Part shown: positions 1 to 10,168 of the stretch, in pieces
How the letters are laid out: every line of letters starts with the position of its first letter
How positions within the stretch are numbered: position 1 is the first letter of the stretch
From: Candidatus Binatia bacterium
GTDB lineage: Bacteria; Desulfobacterota; Binatia; HRBIN30
Assembly: GCA_038245295.1 (NCBI GenBank)
Contig: JBBRSP010000038.1
Location: 1 to 50,879, forward strand
Reading direction: 5' to 3'
Length of the DNA: 50,879 bases
Translations under genes and position numbers: made by a program
Notes under the pieces: model-generated
What the model was told of the DNA's origin: nothing
The model's input: the letters and a program-made list of their open reading frames with translations, nothing else
Database searches by the model: none

Positions 1-1
1 A

Positions 2-130
2 CGCACAGCCCAACATCATCTCAGACGGCTTGCGGAGCTTGGATACACGGTCATGATCGAGCCGAAGAATGCTGCCTGACGGGGCTCTAGGCACGATGGG
101 AGGCAGTCACCCAGAAGACTTTCAAAGCAG
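2..130 (+). mobile_element. 3' end of a probable IS110-family element (transposase C-terminus 2..79 plus short right end)
   Basis: Frame 2 reads RTAQHHLRRLAELGYTVMIEPKNAA* (stop 77-79), resembling the 'RRLxxLGYxVxLEPxxAA*' tail of IS110 transposases. It is followed by ACTTTCAAAGCAG (118-130), resembling an IS110 right end. The rest lies outside the window. Confidence 0.6.
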
Positions 131-192
131 AATGAGAACCGCCGTCCAGACGAGCGCAGGCGTGGGCAGGGGCGCGGGCGAAGGCGGGGGGG

Positions 193-1746
193 CTAAAGCC
201 GCGACTCCTCGTAGTCGAGCTGCTCTTCGAGATGGTGCAGGACGTCGTCGCTGATTTCGCCGGCCTGCCAGATGCGGATCAGCTCGACGCGCTCGGCGCG
301 CACCATGGCACGGCGGATCTGTACGGCCGCGGGTAAGACCGCGCCGTGTGCCGCAAGCTCGAGCTTCGCCGTCGCCATACGTTCGTCGAGATCGGCATGG
401 ATGCGGTCGAGCACGTGCCCGGGCGGTGGCGGATCGACAGTATCCACCGCCGCCATGGCCGCCCGGCAGAGGGCCAAGCGGGCTTTCTGGAATTCAGCTT
501 CGGCGCTGACGTCGCTGCCGATCTTGAGCCAGCGGATGAGTGGCGCCAGCGACAGACCTTGCACGACCAGGGTAACGGCGATGACGACGAAGGTAAGGAA
601 AATGATCAGGTCGCGATACGGAAACGCCTGACCATCGGCGAGTTGTACCGGCAGCGCCATCGCCGCCGCTAGGGAGACGATACCGCGCATGCCGCACCAG
701 CCAAGGATGAACACCTCGCCCGGCAGGTGCGTCGGCTGCTGACGACGCAAGCGCGGCGACAGGAGTATCGGCAGGTAGGTGGCCGGGTAGACCCACCCCA
801 CACGCACCAGGATCGCCACGACGCTGATCGCCGCCGAGTAGAGGGCGAGCTGCCAGCTGCTGTAGCCATGCAAGCGGGCGACGATCGACGACAGCTGCAC
901 ACCGATCAACAGGAAGATGAAGCTGTTCAACATGAACACCAGGATGTTCCACACCGAACGCGCCAGGATGCGCATTTGCGCCGACACCATGCCCGGCGCA
1001 AAACGGCCGCGCACCAGGCCCGCTGCGACGACGGCGAGCACGCCCGAGACGTGCACCGACTCGGCCAACACGTAAGCAACGTAAGGTACCGTCAGGGAAG
1101 CCAGCACCTCGATGAATGGATCACCAAGGTGGCGATGCACCCGCACCGACACAGCGGCGACGACGCCGCCGATGAGAATGCCGCCGGCGGCGATGACGAT
1201 AAAACCAGTGCTCGCCTGCCACGCCGAGAACGAGCCCGAGAGCACAGCGGCAATCGCCATCTTGTAGAGCACGAGCCCCGAGGCGTCGTTCACCAGGCTC
1301 TCGCCTTCCAAAACCGTGACGATGCGCCGTGGCATATGGAGCTTCGAAAGAATCGCCGTCGCCGCCACCGCGTCGGGCGGCGATATGATGGCGCCGAAGG
1401 CAAACGCCGCGGCCCACGGAATCGCCGGGATCAGAAATTTCAACCCCGCGCCGACGACGATGGTCGTGACAATCACCAGGCCGACCGCCAACAATCCGAT
1501 CGGCCGCAGGTTGGCGCGGAAGTCGCGCCACGATGTCAGCAGAGCCGCCTGATACAGGATCGGCGGCAAGACGAGCGCCAACAGCGTCTCGGGTTCGAGC
1601 TGCATCTCGGGCAGACCGGGAACAAAGCCGAGCGCCGCGCCGCCGAGGACCAGCGCGATCGGATACGGCAGCCCGGCGCGGCGCGACAGCCAGCCGAGCG
1701 CCAGGGCACAGAGGAGAAGGAAGATGACGACGCGTACGAGCTCCAT
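193..1746 (-). CDS. Na+/H+ antiporter, CPA1 family (YjcE/NhaP-like)
   Basis: 517 aa, ~12 hydrophobic segments, CPA1 motifs SPPDAVA, LEGESLVNDASGL, VSGVLAVV, GMRGIVSLAAA. Confidence 0.93.
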   Translation of the reverse strand: MELVRVVIFLLLCALALGWLSRRAGLPYPIALVLGGAALGFVPGLPEMQLEPETLLALVLPPILYQAALLTSWRDFRANLRPIGLLAVGLVIVTTIVVGAGLKFLIPAIPWAAAFAFGAIISPPDAVAATAILSKLHMPRRIVTVLEGESLVNDASGLVLYKMAIAAVLSGSFSAWQASTGFIVIAAGGILIGGVVAAVSVRVHRHLGDPFIEVLASLTVPYVAYVLAESVHVSGVLAVVAAGLVRGRFAPGMVSAQMRILARSVWNILVFMLNSFIFLLIGVQLSSIVARLHGYSSWQLALYSAAISVVAILVRVGWVYPATYLPILLSPRLRRQQPTHLPGEVFILGWCGMRGIVSLAAAMALPVQLADGQAFPYRDLIIFLTFVVIAVTLVVQGLSLAPLIRWLKIGSDVSAEAEFQKARLALCRAAMAAVDTVDPPPPGHVLDRIHADLDERMATAKLELAAHGAVLPAAVQIRRAMVRAERVELIRIWQAGEISDDVLHHLEEQLDYEESRL

Positions 1747-1930
1747 CGGACCCTCGGTGGGGCGCCCTAGCGTCTGTTCCGCCGCATGCGCAAGATTCCG
1801 CCCCGGGAATGTGTGGTGGCGGTTCGCGAACCGCGCGGCGGTGGCACCGTAGCCAAGCGGTTGCCGATTCGACTAAACAACACAGGCGAAGCAACGGCGG
1901 GGGCGAAGGCTAGGGAGGAAGGAACCCAGC

Positions 1931-2710
1931 ATGAAACGACTCACCAAACTCAGTCGCTCGGTTGCCGGTAAAGTCGCCATCATCACCGGCGCCGCCAGCG
2001 GCATGGGCCGCGCGACGGCGCATCTGTTTGCCGACGAAGGCGCCAAGGTAGCGATCGCCGATCACAATCAGGGCGGACTCGAAGCCGTGCTCGCTGAATT
2101 AAAATCGGTCGGTGCCGACGCCCACGCCTGGCCACTCGATGTCAGCGACGGCGAGGCCGTGCGGCAGATGGTGCAGCAGGTTGCAGAGCGCTTTGGGCGC
2201 ATCGACATCCTGGTCAACAATGCCGGTGTCAGCCTGCCGGCGCCGATCAGTGCCGACGACTACGAAGACTCGTGGTCGCGCACCATGGCGGTCAATCTCA
2301 CCGCCTACACGAAGCTCGTGCGTGCGTGCCTACCGCATCTGCTCAAGAGTGGCGGCGGCCGCATCATCAACATCGCGTCCACCGAAGGCCTCGGGGCGAC
2401 GGCGATGATCAGTCCGTACACGGCGAGCAAACACGGCGTCATCGGCCTCACCCGCGGCCTCGCCGTCGAACTCGGACCACAAGGCATCACGGTAAACGCC
2501 GTGTGCCCCGGGCCGATCAACACCAGCATGACCGCCGGCATCCCCGACGATGCCAAAGACAAGTTCGCCCGCCGTCGTGTGCCGCTGCGGCGCTACGGCG
2601 AACCGGAAGAGGTGGCACATGCGACGCTGAGCCTCGCCCTTCCGGCCGCGTCGTACATCAACGGCACGACGATCGTCGTCGACGGTGGGATGACAATCAA
2701 GAATACTTGA
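1931..2710 (+). CDS. short-chain dehydrogenase/reductase (SDR)
   Basis: TGAASGMG, NNAG and catalytic YTASK motifs; RBS GGAGGAAGG upstream. Confidence 0.95.
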   Translation: MKRLTKLSRSVAGKVAIITGAASGMGRATAHLFADEGAKVAIADHNQGGLEAVLAELKSVGADAHAWPLDVSDGEAVRQMVQQVAERFGRIDILVNNAGVSLPAPISADDYEDSWSRTMAVNLTAYTKLVRACLPHLLKSGGGRIINIASTEGLGATAMISPYTASKHGVIGLTRGLAVELGPQGITVNAVCPGPINTSMTAGIPDDAKDKFARRRVPLRRYGEPEEVAHATLSLALPAASYINGTTIVVDGGMTIKNT

Positions 2711-3340
2711 ACCTAGGCGGGGGCGCGGGCAGACGTGACGTACAAAGCCGAGATCACGATCGACCAACTCCTACGAATGACGAGTGGCCTGGCGTTGGAT
2801 GAATCGGGAAGTCCGCTGAGCCCCGCGGCGAGCATGCCATTGAAGGCGTGGGCCAGTTGGTGGCCGATGTCATTGCCAGTCTCGGCGGCGCGTAGTGGCC
2901 ATCTTCTGAAACTCGAGCGGCTGTTGGCCCGTCTCACACGCCTCGCCCCTGAAGCTGTAGAGACAGCGGGGTTCCGCTGGTTCATTGCACAGGTTGTTGG
3001 AGGCCGAGGGAGTCCAACAAGGGTAGGCGGCTACGCGGTTTGGCGGGTTTCTTTGTGCACTCTTCAGCACCCCATGCCACCGATCGTAAGCAGCGAGTTG
3101 GCGCATGCGAACATGGGCTCGTCGTGGCGTGTCGGGGACGACGGAGTCGAGTCCCGCGGCTGCCACGCAAGCTTCGGCCCGACCCGATCACCACGACGCC
3201 CATACTGCTGGTCCACAGGCGCCGGGTTCGACGCAACCGGCTCCCCTGTGGGGTCGGCGGATATGCTGCCGCGCGTGTGCGCGGCGATGGAAACGATCCT
3301 TGCCTTCACCTAAATTGCATGGCTGATCTCAGGATCACTC

Positions 3341-4843
3341 ATGTCGAATCCCTACTGTGAGGCACTCAAGATCGACGTGCCACGGCTTGAAGCGTTGCGC
3401 GAGCGGCGTCGGGTGTCGACGTTCGCGCTGTTGATCGTGGCGTTGCTGGAGCGTGGCGCTCCAATGACGCTTCTGGAGGTGGCGCGGCGCTGCGAGCAGG
3501 CCGGGTTTGGCATGGTGCCGGAGCTGTTGATGGCCCTACAGCGCTGCCGGCCGGGGCGTCCGCCCGTCTGGCGCGATGGCGATCTCTATGCACTTGATCC
3601 GCACGATGACGAGTTGAGTCTGCAGGTCTTCATGCTCGGGCTGCGCCCGCCACGCGTAACGCGGTTGGCGCCGACGCGCCAACCGCCGGCGCCTCTCCCG
3701 GGGCCCGAGCAACGATTGACGGTAGGCGAGCTCGACGATGCTTGGAGGGGTGTACATCTCTACGCCTGGTCGCGGCGCGGGATGGTTCTGGCGATCCTCG
3801 ATGCGCACGATCGGCCGCTGCCCCCCGCCGAGGTGGTGGCGTTCGTCGAGGCAAGATCGAAGGTCCACGGGTTGACTACCGACGACAAGAAATTCAAGCG
3901 CCCTGACTGTCCCGTCGAGATCCTTGCCGATGGCCGCTGGGCCATCGCGGCGGGAATGGCAGGAGTGGCAGCGCTGGCGGCCGCTCGCGTTGCCGTGCGC
4001 GAACGACTGGCAATGCTGCGGCGATGGAGCGCGCCGCGTATGGACCCTGCTGAGATCGAGGCACACCGACGCGTTGTGGAGCAGGAGCGGGAGATGCACG
4101 CTGGCGAGCTCGCCAAGCTCCGCCGGGTGATCGTCCACGCCTGGCCCGCATCGAAGCCGCAGGCCATCGTCCTACTTGACGTCAACACCCGTGCGCTTCA
4201 GACGTTTGTCGGCGCCGAGCTCAGCGCAATGCCGCAGCACCTCGATGCGTTCGACGTCATCGCTGCGCTGGGTGCGCGCGCACTCGTGCGCGTGCTCGGG
4301 TACGAGCCGGGCCGGCGACGCCTGGCTGATCTGAGCCCACCCCAGAAAACCAAGCAGATGAACCGACGTGGTCGGATCCTCAGGATCACGCCGGAGCTAC
4401 TGATCCAGGGTTCGTGCGGGATTAGCGAGCCCTTCAGTGTGCCGGCCAAGCTCCAGGGTTATCTGAAGGCGGGCAAGCTCGATATGCTGCGCCGCCGGCT
4501 CGAGGCCGACGCCAAGTCGCTCTACGCCCTGTACCAGTACGCGCGTTTGCACGGATGCGTGCGCCTGCGTTGGGGGTTCGTCGACGAGGGTATCGCTGCC
4601 CCATGGGTGCATCGCGACGAGCCAACGCTCGGGGCTCTGAAGGGTCAGGCCCTGCAACTCGGGCTGGCACTAGAGGTGGTGACCGGCAGCGCCCCCGGCT
4701 GGACCGACCCATGGGCGCGCGTCCGCCGCTGCACCGTGCACAAGCCGGCCGGCAGCTACTGGAGCTATCTCGTCGGCGACGACGGCGCGCCGATCGACGA
4801 CGCCGATGTCCAACTCGCCCGCATCGTCGCCGTGCTGCACTAA
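3341..4843 (+). CDS. hypothetical protein, possibly two winged-helix-like segments
   Basis: 500 aa ORF with AGGA upstream of the ATG; segments LLERGAPMTLLEVARR and ILDAHDRPLPPAEVVAFV resemble each other. Confidence 0.7.
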   Translation: MSNPYCEALKIDVPRLEALRERRRVSTFALLIVALLERGAPMTLLEVARRCEQAGFGMVPELLMALQRCRPGRPPVWRDGDLYALDPHDDELSLQVFMLGLRPPRVTRLAPTRQPPAPLPGPEQRLTVGELDDAWRGVHLYAWSRRGMVLAILDAHDRPLPPAEVVAFVEARSKVHGLTTDDKKFKRPDCPVEILADGRWAIAAGMAGVAALAAARVAVRERLAMLRRWSAPRMDPAEIEAHRRVVEQEREMHAGELAKLRRVIVHAWPASKPQAIVLLDVNTRALQTFVGAELSAMPQHLDAFDVIAALGARALVRVLGYEPGRRRLADLSPPQKTKQMNRRGRILRITPELLIQGSCGISEPFSVPAKLQGYLKAGKLDMLRRRLEADAKSLYALYQYARLHGCVRLRWGFVDEGIAAPWVHRDEPTLGALKGQALQLGLALEVVTGSAPGWTDPWARVRRCTVHKPAGSYWSYLVGDDGAPIDDADVQLARIVAVLH

Positions 4844-5082
4844 GCTGCCCCGCGAGCGAGGCGGGGCTTTGGCGGCGTCATGGTGGCAGTCGTACTCTCG
4901 CGGTCCTGCTTCCAAGGCCCGCCGGTTGCAACTCGCCCAAGCCATGCCTGCGACACTTCGCCCCATAGCCAGAACCAGGGTTTGCCGGTACGCTGCCGGG
5001 TTGACAGCGCGGCTTCCTCAGTAGGCTTGGCGTCCAGTGGTCTGATCGTTGTAAGTGGGGGCGGAGAGGTAGGGAATACGGT

Positions 5083-8000
5083 ATGAGGTGCAGGAATTTC
5101 TCGATTCCCGCGGTCATGATTCTTACGGCAGTGTCGTTCGTATCGTTGATCGCTACGCCCAACCGCACGCAGGCCAGTTGCATCGGGGACTGCAACCACG
5201 ATGGCCGGGTGATCGTAAACGAATGTATCGCCATGGTGAAAGTGTCGCTTGGCGACGCAACGTTGTCGCTGTGTGCAGCCGGGGACGGCAATGGGGACGG
5301 TGAGATCACCGTCGATGAAATTATCGACGCGGTGGCGGCGGCTCTCGACGGTTGTCCCGTAACACCCACGCCGACGCCGCACCCGCAATCGGTTGCCCGC
5401 CAGTGGGATGAAGAGATCCTGGGCGCCATCCGCATCGATTTCCCGCGTCCGCCCGTGCATGCGCGCAATCTTTTCCACCTCTCGGTCGCCATGTGGGACG
5501 CTTGGGCGGCGTATGATCGGTCGGCCCGCGGCTACCTCACGACCGAGAAGCACACCTCGACCACCATCGACGCCGACCGCGCCGAGGCAATTAGCTACGC
5601 TGCGTACCGGGTGCTGTCCGAGCGTTACGCGATCTCGCCCAACGCCGCCACATCTCTCGCGTCGTTCAGCGCGCGCATGACGCGGCTCGGTTATGACCCG
5701 AGCATCAGCACCACTGTCGACGATACGCCGGCGGCCATCGGCAACCGGATCGCGCAAACGGTGATTGCCTATGGCCTTGGCGACGGATCGAACGAAGCCA
5801 ACAACTACACCGACCCAACCTACGTTCCGGTGAATCCCCCGCTCATCGTCGCCTTTCCCGGCACCACGATGGACGACCCGAATAGCTGGCAACCTCTCGC
5901 CTTGTCGCATCAGGTCACACAGAATGGGATTCCTATCCCCGGCAACGTCCAGGTCTACGTCGCCCCACAGTGGGGCCACGTCCTCTCCTTCGCCGCCGAT
6001 CTCAGTGACCTTCTCCCCAACCCGCCGCCACGGCTGCACGATCCGTCGACCGACCAGGATTTCAAGCAGGCAGCCGTGGACGTAATCCGCGCCTCGAGCC
6101 ATCTAACTCCGGACGACGGCGTGACCATGGACATTTCGCCGAACGGGTTCGGCAATAATCCGCTAGCTACGAACGACGGCAGTGGATACGCGGTGAACCC
6201 GGTCACGGGACAATCGTACACCGCCGAGATCGTCAAGCGCGGCGACTTCAGGCGGGTCATCGCCGAGTTTTGGGCTGACGGGCCGAACTCCGAGACGCCG
6301 CCCGGGCATTGGAACGTCCTTGCGAACGCCGTCTCCGACAGCCCACAGATCGACAAGCGTATCGGCGGTACGGGCCCGGTCGTCGACGACCTCGAATGGG
6401 ACGTGAAGCTCTACTTCGCGATCAACGCTGCCGAGCATGATGCCGCCTACGGCTGTTGGGGAACGAAACGGATCTACAACTCCACCCGGCCCATCTCGAT
6501 GGTCCGGTATATGGGCGAGTTGGGGCAATCGTCGGATCCGACAGGACCGTCGTACCACCCCGACGGTCTCCCCCTCGTCCCTGGGCTAGTCGAGGCAATC
6601 ACGCCCGAGTCGAGTGCGCCCGGCCAGCGGCACGCGGCCCTGGCCGCCAATGTGGGCGACATCGCGGTTTACGCTTGGCCCGGCGCGCCCACTGATCCGA
6701 CGGAACAGTACAGCGGTGTGCGGTGGATCCGCGCCAAGGATTGGGCGCCCTACCAAAAAGACACGTTTGTGACGCCGGCTTTCGCCTCGTACACGTCGGG
6801 ACACAGCACCTTCAGCCGCGCCGGCGCCGAAGTGCTCGCGCATTTCACCGGATCGCCGTTTTTCCCAGGCGGCTTAGGTGAGTTTCTTGTGGCGGCGAAT
6901 GCTTTCCTCAAATTCGAGCGCGGTCCGAGCACGGACATCAAACTCCAGTGGGCAACATACTACGACGCCGCGGACCAGGCCGGCCAGTCGCGGATCTGGG
7001 GTGGAATTCACACCCTCGCCGACGACTTTACGGGGCGCTTCATGGGATCCACCATCGGCGACAACGCCTACGACAAGGCCCGCAACTATTGGGAGCCCGG
7101 ATCGGCGGCTACAGTCACGCCCGGCCATACGCGGACACCCAGTCCAGTTCCGGCAACCCCTGGTGGCACTCCGGTTGCGACAACCACGGTGCAGGTGTCG
7201 CCCACGGTGACACCCACACCCACGGCAACCGCTGGGTTGATCAGCACGCCGACGCCGACACCTGAGATCGGCGAGATCCATCCCGTGCTCCAGAAGTTGC
7301 CGGGAGCCCTTCTATCGATTACCGGCACATCCAGCGCCGACGTCTACACCGTGGGCGCCGATGCAAACGACGGCACCGGACCGCTGGTGCTGCATTACGA
7401 CGGACAGACATGGCAGCATCTCGCAACGGGCGTCGCCGGAACATTGTGGTGGATCAGCGTCACACCGATCGATGACAGCTTCTACATGGCCGGCGATCAA
7501 GGGTTGATTCTGCGTTACACACCGTCGACGGGCGCTTTCCAGTCCTACGTCACTCCAACCAAGGGTGCGACGCTCTTCGGCATCTGGGGATCGGACGCCA
7601 GCCACATTTGGGCCGTGGGCGGTGATTTGTCCAATCAAGACACTGGCGGGGTCGTCTGGCGCTTCGATGGATTGGCGTGGCACGTCGACACCACACTAGC
7701 CGAGGCACGCCCGGCTGGTATCCCGACGCTCTATAAGATCTGGGGGCGCAATCAGAATGACATCTACGCCTGCGGCCGCCTGGGGTTGATCTTCCACTTC
7801 GACGGTACGCAGTGGAAGCAGGTCAGCATCGATGCCAGCGGTGTCGATGCGACCGATTTGCCGCTCTTCACGGTGCACGGGAACGAGACGCAGGTAGTTG
7901 CCACGGGCGGCCTGTCTACCGGTGTCATCTACGAGTTGCAGGGCAGCACGTTCGAGAACCGAGCGCCGGCTGGAACGCCGCCGCTAAACGGCATCTTCCT

Positions 8001-8235
8001 GGGGCCCGACGGTACCGGGGTTGCGGTCGGCATCGCAGGCACCATCGCCTCACGCTCTCCGACGGGCTGGCAGTTGCCGACAGGCATCAACACGCCCCTC
8101 GATTTCCACGGCGCATGGATTGACCCCGACGGTGGCGTGTGGGCGGTCGGCGGCGATCTCAGCACCAGCCTAGATCAAGGTTTAGTTGTCTACGGCGGAA
8201 CATCCACGGTCGGTAGCACCATCTCACCCCCCTAG
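5083..8235 (+). CDS. secreted multidomain vanadium-dependent haloperoxidase/PAP2-superfamily protein (dockerin-like N-terminus, Pro/Thr linker, C-terminal beta-propeller-like repeats)
   Basis: Signal peptide; CIGDCNHDGRV...GDGNGDGEITVDE; motifs KRIYNSTRP, PAFASYTSGHSTFS, QSRIWGGIH; TPTPT linker; repeats such as LFGIWGSDASHIWAVG, LYKIWGRNQNDIYACG, FHGAWIDPDGGVWAVG. Confidence 0.85.
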   Translation: MRCRNFSIPAVMILTAVSFVSLIATPNRTQASCIGDCNHDGRVIVNECIAMVKVSLGDATLSLCAAGDGNGDGEITVDEIIDAVAAALDGCPVTPTPTPHPQSVARQWDEEILGAIRIDFPRPPVHARNLFHLSVAMWDAWAAYDRSARGYLTTEKHTSTTIDADRAEAISYAAYRVLSERYAISPNAATSLASFSARMTRLGYDPSISTTVDDTPAAIGNRIAQTVIAYGLGDGSNEANNYTDPTYVPVNPPLIVAFPGTTMDDPNSWQPLALSHQVTQNGIPIPGNVQVYVAPQWGHVLSFAADLSDLLPNPPPRLHDPSTDQDFKQAAVDVIRASSHLTPDDGVTMDISPNGFGNNPLATNDGSGYAVNPVTGQSYTAEIVKRGDFRRVIAEFWADGPNSETPPGHWNVLANAVSDSPQIDKRIGGTGPVVDDLEWDVKLYFAINAAEHDAAYGCWGTKRIYNSTRPISMVRYMGELGQSSDPTGPSYHPDGLPLVPGLVEAITPESSAPGQRHAALAANVGDIAVYAWPGAPTDPTEQYSGVRWIRAKDWAPYQKDTFVTPAFASYTSGHSTFSRAGAEVLAHFTGSPFFPGGLGEFLVAANAFLKFERGPSTDIKLQWATYYDAADQAGQSRIWGGIHTLADDFTGRFMGSTIGDNAYDKARNYWEPGSAATVTPGHTRTPSPVPATPGGTPVATTTVQVSPTVTPTPTATAGLISTPTPTPEIGEIHPVLQKLPGALLSITGTSSADVYTVGADANDGTGPLVLHYDGQTWQHLATGVAGTLWWISVTPIDDSFYMAGDQGLILRYTPSTGAFQSYVTPTKGATLFGIWGSDASHIWAVGGDLSNQDTGGVVWRFDGLAWHVDTTLAEARPAGIPTLYKIWGRNQNDIYACGRLGLIFHFDGTQWKQVSIDASGVDATDLPLFTVHGNETQVVATGGLSTGVIYELQGSTFENRAPAGTPPLNGIFLGPDGTGVAVGIAGTIASRSPTGWQLPTGINTPLDFHGAWIDPDGGVWAVGGDLSTSLDQGLVVYGGTSTVGSTISPP

Positions 8236-8269
8236 GACGCGGCGCGCCGTTTGCGATAAGGCTTGCGGC

Positions 8270-9595
8270 ATGTCAGCGATCCGCAGTCTGGAGCCGCCCG
8301 CGGCCGCACCGAGCGACGCAAGAGAGATCAACCTCGCCTGGCTGTTGCGTCTGCGCTGGGTTGCCATCATCGGCCAGGTAACGATCATCCTCGGTGTGAC
8401 CGTTCTCCTTGGCATCGTTTTACCGCTGCCGCCGATCGCCGCGATCATCGGTTTTGAGGTCGCGACCAATGCCGCCTGTGCATTATGGGCGCGACGCGCC
8501 TTTGCTGTCACGGATGCGGTTCTCGTCGGCTTGCTGACAGCCGACGTCGTTCTACTGACGGCCTTGCTCTACCTTACCGGTGGGCCCGTCAACCCATTCA
8601 GCTTTCTCTATCTCGTACACATCGCGCTTGGAGCGGTGACACTGCGACCCGTGCACACATGGGGTTTAACCGCGCTGGCGTTGCTCGGCTTCGGCCTGTT
8701 GTTTTTCCTACCCGCTTGGCCGGGCGGCACCGACATGGCGACGATGCACGCCGATCACGAGCACATGCGTTTGCACCTGGAAGGCATGTACGTTGCCTTC
8801 GGTGTTGCCGCGGTGTTCATCGTCTACTTCGTGCAGCGCGTGACCGCGGCATTGGCGCAGCGTGATGCCGAGCTTACCGCGGCGCGCAGCCTGGCGCAGC
8901 GGCACGAGATGTTTGCTTCTCTTGGTACGCTGGCGGCCGGTGCTGCCCACGAGCTGGCCACGCCGCTGTCGACCATCGCCGTTGCCGCGCGTGAGATGGA
9001 GCGGAACCTTCAGCGTGGCGTCAGCAGCGGTGAAGCCCTCGACGACATCCGTTTGATTCGGCAACAGGTCATGCGTTGCCAGAACGTCCTGCAGCAGATG
9101 GCGGCGGATGCCGGACAGGGAATGGGCGAGAACCTCGAAGTGGTGCGCGCGGCGGACCTCTTGGATCAAGCACTCGCAGGATCGATCGACGAGGCCGGTG
9201 TCGAAGTTGCGGTCGACGACGATGCGGCGACGCTTGTGGTCACCGTTCCGCCGCATGCCATGGCGCAGGCACTGCGCGGAGTGGTGCGCAACGCCCACCA
9301 GGCCTCGTCGTCAGCGCAGCCTGTCCAGGTTCATGTGTGTCGCGACGGTTCCGATCTGCACATCGAAGTGCGTGATGGGGGAGCAGGTATGGAACCGTCC
9401 ATCCTTCAACACGCGGGTGAGCCGTTCTTCACCACCAAGGCACCCGGCGAAGGTATGGGGCTGGGATTGTTCCTGACGCGTAGCTTGCTTGGCCGCCTGG
9501 GCGGACGGCTCGAGCTTTCGTCGGTGGCCGGGAGCGGAACGTCAGCCGTGCTCGTTCTTCCCGTTGCATCCAACGGCCGCCGGGCGGACCAGTAG
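8270..9595 (+). CDS. regB: RegB/PrrB-family sensor histidine kinase
   Basis: WLLRLRW start, TM helices, GGPVNPF quinone-binding motif, H-box AAGAAHELATPL, RC redox Cys (RCQNVL), HATPase EPFFTTK..GMGLGL; ATG at 8270 chosen. Confidence 0.88.
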   Translation: MSAIRSLEPPAAAPSDAREINLAWLLRLRWVAIIGQVTIILGVTVLLGIVLPLPPIAAIIGFEVATNAACALWARRAFAVTDAVLVGLLTADVVLLTALLYLTGGPVNPFSFLYLVHIALGAVTLRPVHTWGLTALALLGFGLLFFLPAWPGGTDMATMHADHEHMRLHLEGMYVAFGVAAVFIVYFVQRVTAALAQRDAELTAARSLAQRHEMFASLGTLAAGAAHELATPLSTIAVAAREMERNLQRGVSSGEALDDIRLIRQQVMRCQNVLQQMAADAGQGMGENLEVVRAADLLDQALAGSIDEAGVEVAVDDDAATLVVTVPPHAMAQALRGVVRNAHQASSSAQPVQVHVCRDGSDLHIEVRDGGAGMEPSILQHAGEPFFTTKAPGEGMGLGLFLTRSLLGRLGGRLELSSVAGSGTSAVLVLPVASNGRRADQ

Positions 9596-9599
9596 CCCG

Positions 9600-10148
9600 G
9601 TGGTCGAGATTTCTCATCCCTCCATTCTCATCGTTGACGATGATGATGTCTTTCGCGAACGCCTGGCGCGCGCCTTCCGCGACCGCGACTTCGAGGTGCG
9701 TACAGCAGCCGATTATGACGAGGCAATGGTGTTGGCGCGCACCGAATCGCCCGAGCTCGCGGTACTTGACCTGAAGATGCCGGGTCGGTCGGGCCTGGAG
9801 CTGGCCCGCGACCTCCATGGGCTCGACGAATCGACGCGCATCGTCATACTCACTGGCTACGGCAGCATCGCGACGGCGATCGAAGCGGTACGCGTCGGCG
9901 CGACCTACTATCTTCCCAAGCCGGCGGACGCCGACGATGTCCTCACCGCCTTCGCGCGCGGAGAAGCCCCGCCACTGGAGCCACCACGGTCCGACTATCT
10001 TGCCCCGTCACTGGCGCGCACGGAATGGGAACACATCAACCGCGTTCTCTCCGACTGCGGCGGCAACGTTTCCGAAGCAGCGCGTCGTCTTGGTGTGCAT
10101 CGCCGCTCCCTGCAGCGCAAGCTGCAGAAGTACCCGCCGGCGATGTAG
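9600..10148 (+). CDS. regA: RegA/PrrA-family response regulator
   Basis: Receiver ILIVDDD..DLKMPG..TGYGSIATA..YLPKP plus Fis-type HTH EWEHINRVL..GNVSEAARRLGVHRRSLQRKL; GTG 4 nt after regB stop. Confidence 0.92.
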   Translation: MVEISHPSILIVDDDDVFRERLARAFRDRDFEVRTAADYDEAMVLARTESPELAVLDLKMPGRSGLELARDLHGLDESTRIVILTGYGSIATAIEAVRVGATYYLPKPADADDVLTAFARGEAPPLEPPRSDYLAPSLARTEWEHINRVLSDCGGNVSEAARRLGVHRRSLQRKLQKYPPAM

Positions 10149-10168
10149 AGGGGCATAGGACCAGAATG

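Noticed and set aside
727..1770. Long antisense or alternate-frame ORFs (also 4840..6102, 28887..30044, 31570..32646, 46631..47578, 49748..50689 and others)
   Set aside because: They overlap well-supported genes, are Arg/Pro/Ala-rich and lack motifs; typical GC-rich shadow ORFs.
2713..3340. ORFs 2735..3313 (+), 2713..2985 (-) and 3064..3309 (-), or a structured RNA
   Set aside because: No motif, convincing RBS or recognisable RNA fold; left unannotated.
5001..5027. TTGACA...TAGGCT sigma70-like promoter
   Set aside because: The spacer is only 15 nt, too weak to call.
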